A stretch of DNA of 64,000 bases from NCBI GenBank assembly GCA_976551045.1, contig CDPCPM010000149.1, positions 3,596,001-3,660,000 on the forward strand, in the 5' to 3' direction. The position numbers and the translations under genes are program-made. Below the pieces are notes generated by a model. That model saw only the letters and a program-made list of their open reading frames with translations, had not been told where the DNA came from and searched no databases. This document shows positions 62,931 through 64,000 of this stretch, one piece after another. Numbering within the stretch: the first letter of the stretch is position 1; each line of letters begins with the position of its first letter. The DNA is from Glaucostegus cemiculus. Its lineage: Eukaryota.

Positions 62931-64000
62931 CTTTACAAAGTTTGAATACACTGTTGAAAGATGGCCGGTAATGTCCATGGCAATCTCGTTTCCGTGCCAG
63001 TGAAATCAGGATTTCTCAGCCTGCCTCTACAAATGCAGAAGTGCTAAAACTGCCAGCCAACTGTTTGTCAGAGATTTCTTGATTATGCCCTGTCATTGGA
63101 CAGAGTGATGGATGGTAAAACCATGCCAATTCAGAATGTGCTCAATGATCCCATTGATTTCAACAGAGGAGAGCAGTTATGAGAAATTGAGTTGTTAATT
63201 TACTTTGATTTCTTTTAAATTGTTTCTTTGTATTTAAATACTCTTAAGTGTTTTAGCGTAGTTCTTTTACAGATAGTTTAATGCATTTAACAGCTTAGTA
63301 ATTGTTTTATAAAATTTTAATAGTTGCCAAATGTTTTGCATGTCAGAAACATTCACTGAGTTCTGACAACTGGCTAAGAGGGGAAGAATGGTTTAGTTAG
63401 CTGCAAACATGTTTTCGGTGGTTTTGTGCATGTGGCTTGTTCTGGGCTGGATGGAAAATACATGCTAAAGGCCCTGTTAAGGGGGCGGGGTTGCCTGGCT
63501 GCTGAAAGCGGAGCTGCTATTTCTCTCTCTCCCTTTGAGGGACATGGCATTCAAAGAAAGGCATAATGCTTTAAAGCACACTCCCCATGGCAGTTATACA
63601 GTAACAACACACACTATGGCACTCATGAAGGAGACAGGCTGCAGGAGAGGAGAGGGCTCCTACAATAACGTAAACGGAACTGTATGATTTGGACAATGGG
63701 ATACAAGCCAGGAGGGAACCAGGAAATTTGCAGGTCCACCATAACAGCTTGGCAGGAGCTGGCTCCAGAAGTCCCCGCCAGGGGTGAGAATTCTCATACA
63801 ATGGAGTACTGCTGAAAGAAATTCCATGATCACACAGGATGTGTCAACATGATTTGCACATTACAGCTTACACCTGCAGAGTACAGATCTTCACAGAAAA
63901 TGTTGTTTATGTGGAGATCTAAGTTCTTTAAGTGAGCTGCCACTCATCAGGAAAGATGGGGATGTTGTAGCAAGCCATTAAAGTAAGTGGAGCAGTGATT

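Noticed and set aside
35567-64000. Penultimate ARB2A exon (NCCNWVSSSEPLD...) or a POU5F2-like retrogene
   Set aside because: Not found by eye; the exon probably lies beyond the window. A tBLASTn would be needed to exclude it formally.

Overview
Vertebrate genomic DNA, most likely a cartilaginous fish: the repeats are CR1, Rex1/Babar, L2, V-domain tRNA-SINEs and Penelope-type tails, which suggest a shark or ray. The window holds the complete three-coding-exon COUP-TFI gene NR2F1 (+ strand, CDS 3190-3634, 4360-4887, 6591-6865; 415 aa) with its promoter and 3' UTR. About 28.5 kb downstream, facing it tail-to-tail, is the last coding exon of ARB2A/FAM172A (- strand, 35415-35566). That exon is absent from the supplied ORF track, and the sequence to its right is probably ARB2A intron. 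The window divides into two domains. Positions 1 to ~31.3 kb are AT-rich yet retain CpG, and I recognise no transposon before ~37 kb; this fits a developmental-gene methylation valley with many candidate cis-elements, including an RE1/REST site, DR1 elements and CTCF-like cores. From ~31.3 kb the DNA is CpG-depleted, and from ~37 kb it carries nested retroelement debris. I found no convincing novel gene system. The most interesting items are regulatory and architectural, and they need alignments or epigenomic data to confirm. Comparisons with human sequences are from memory and need verification.
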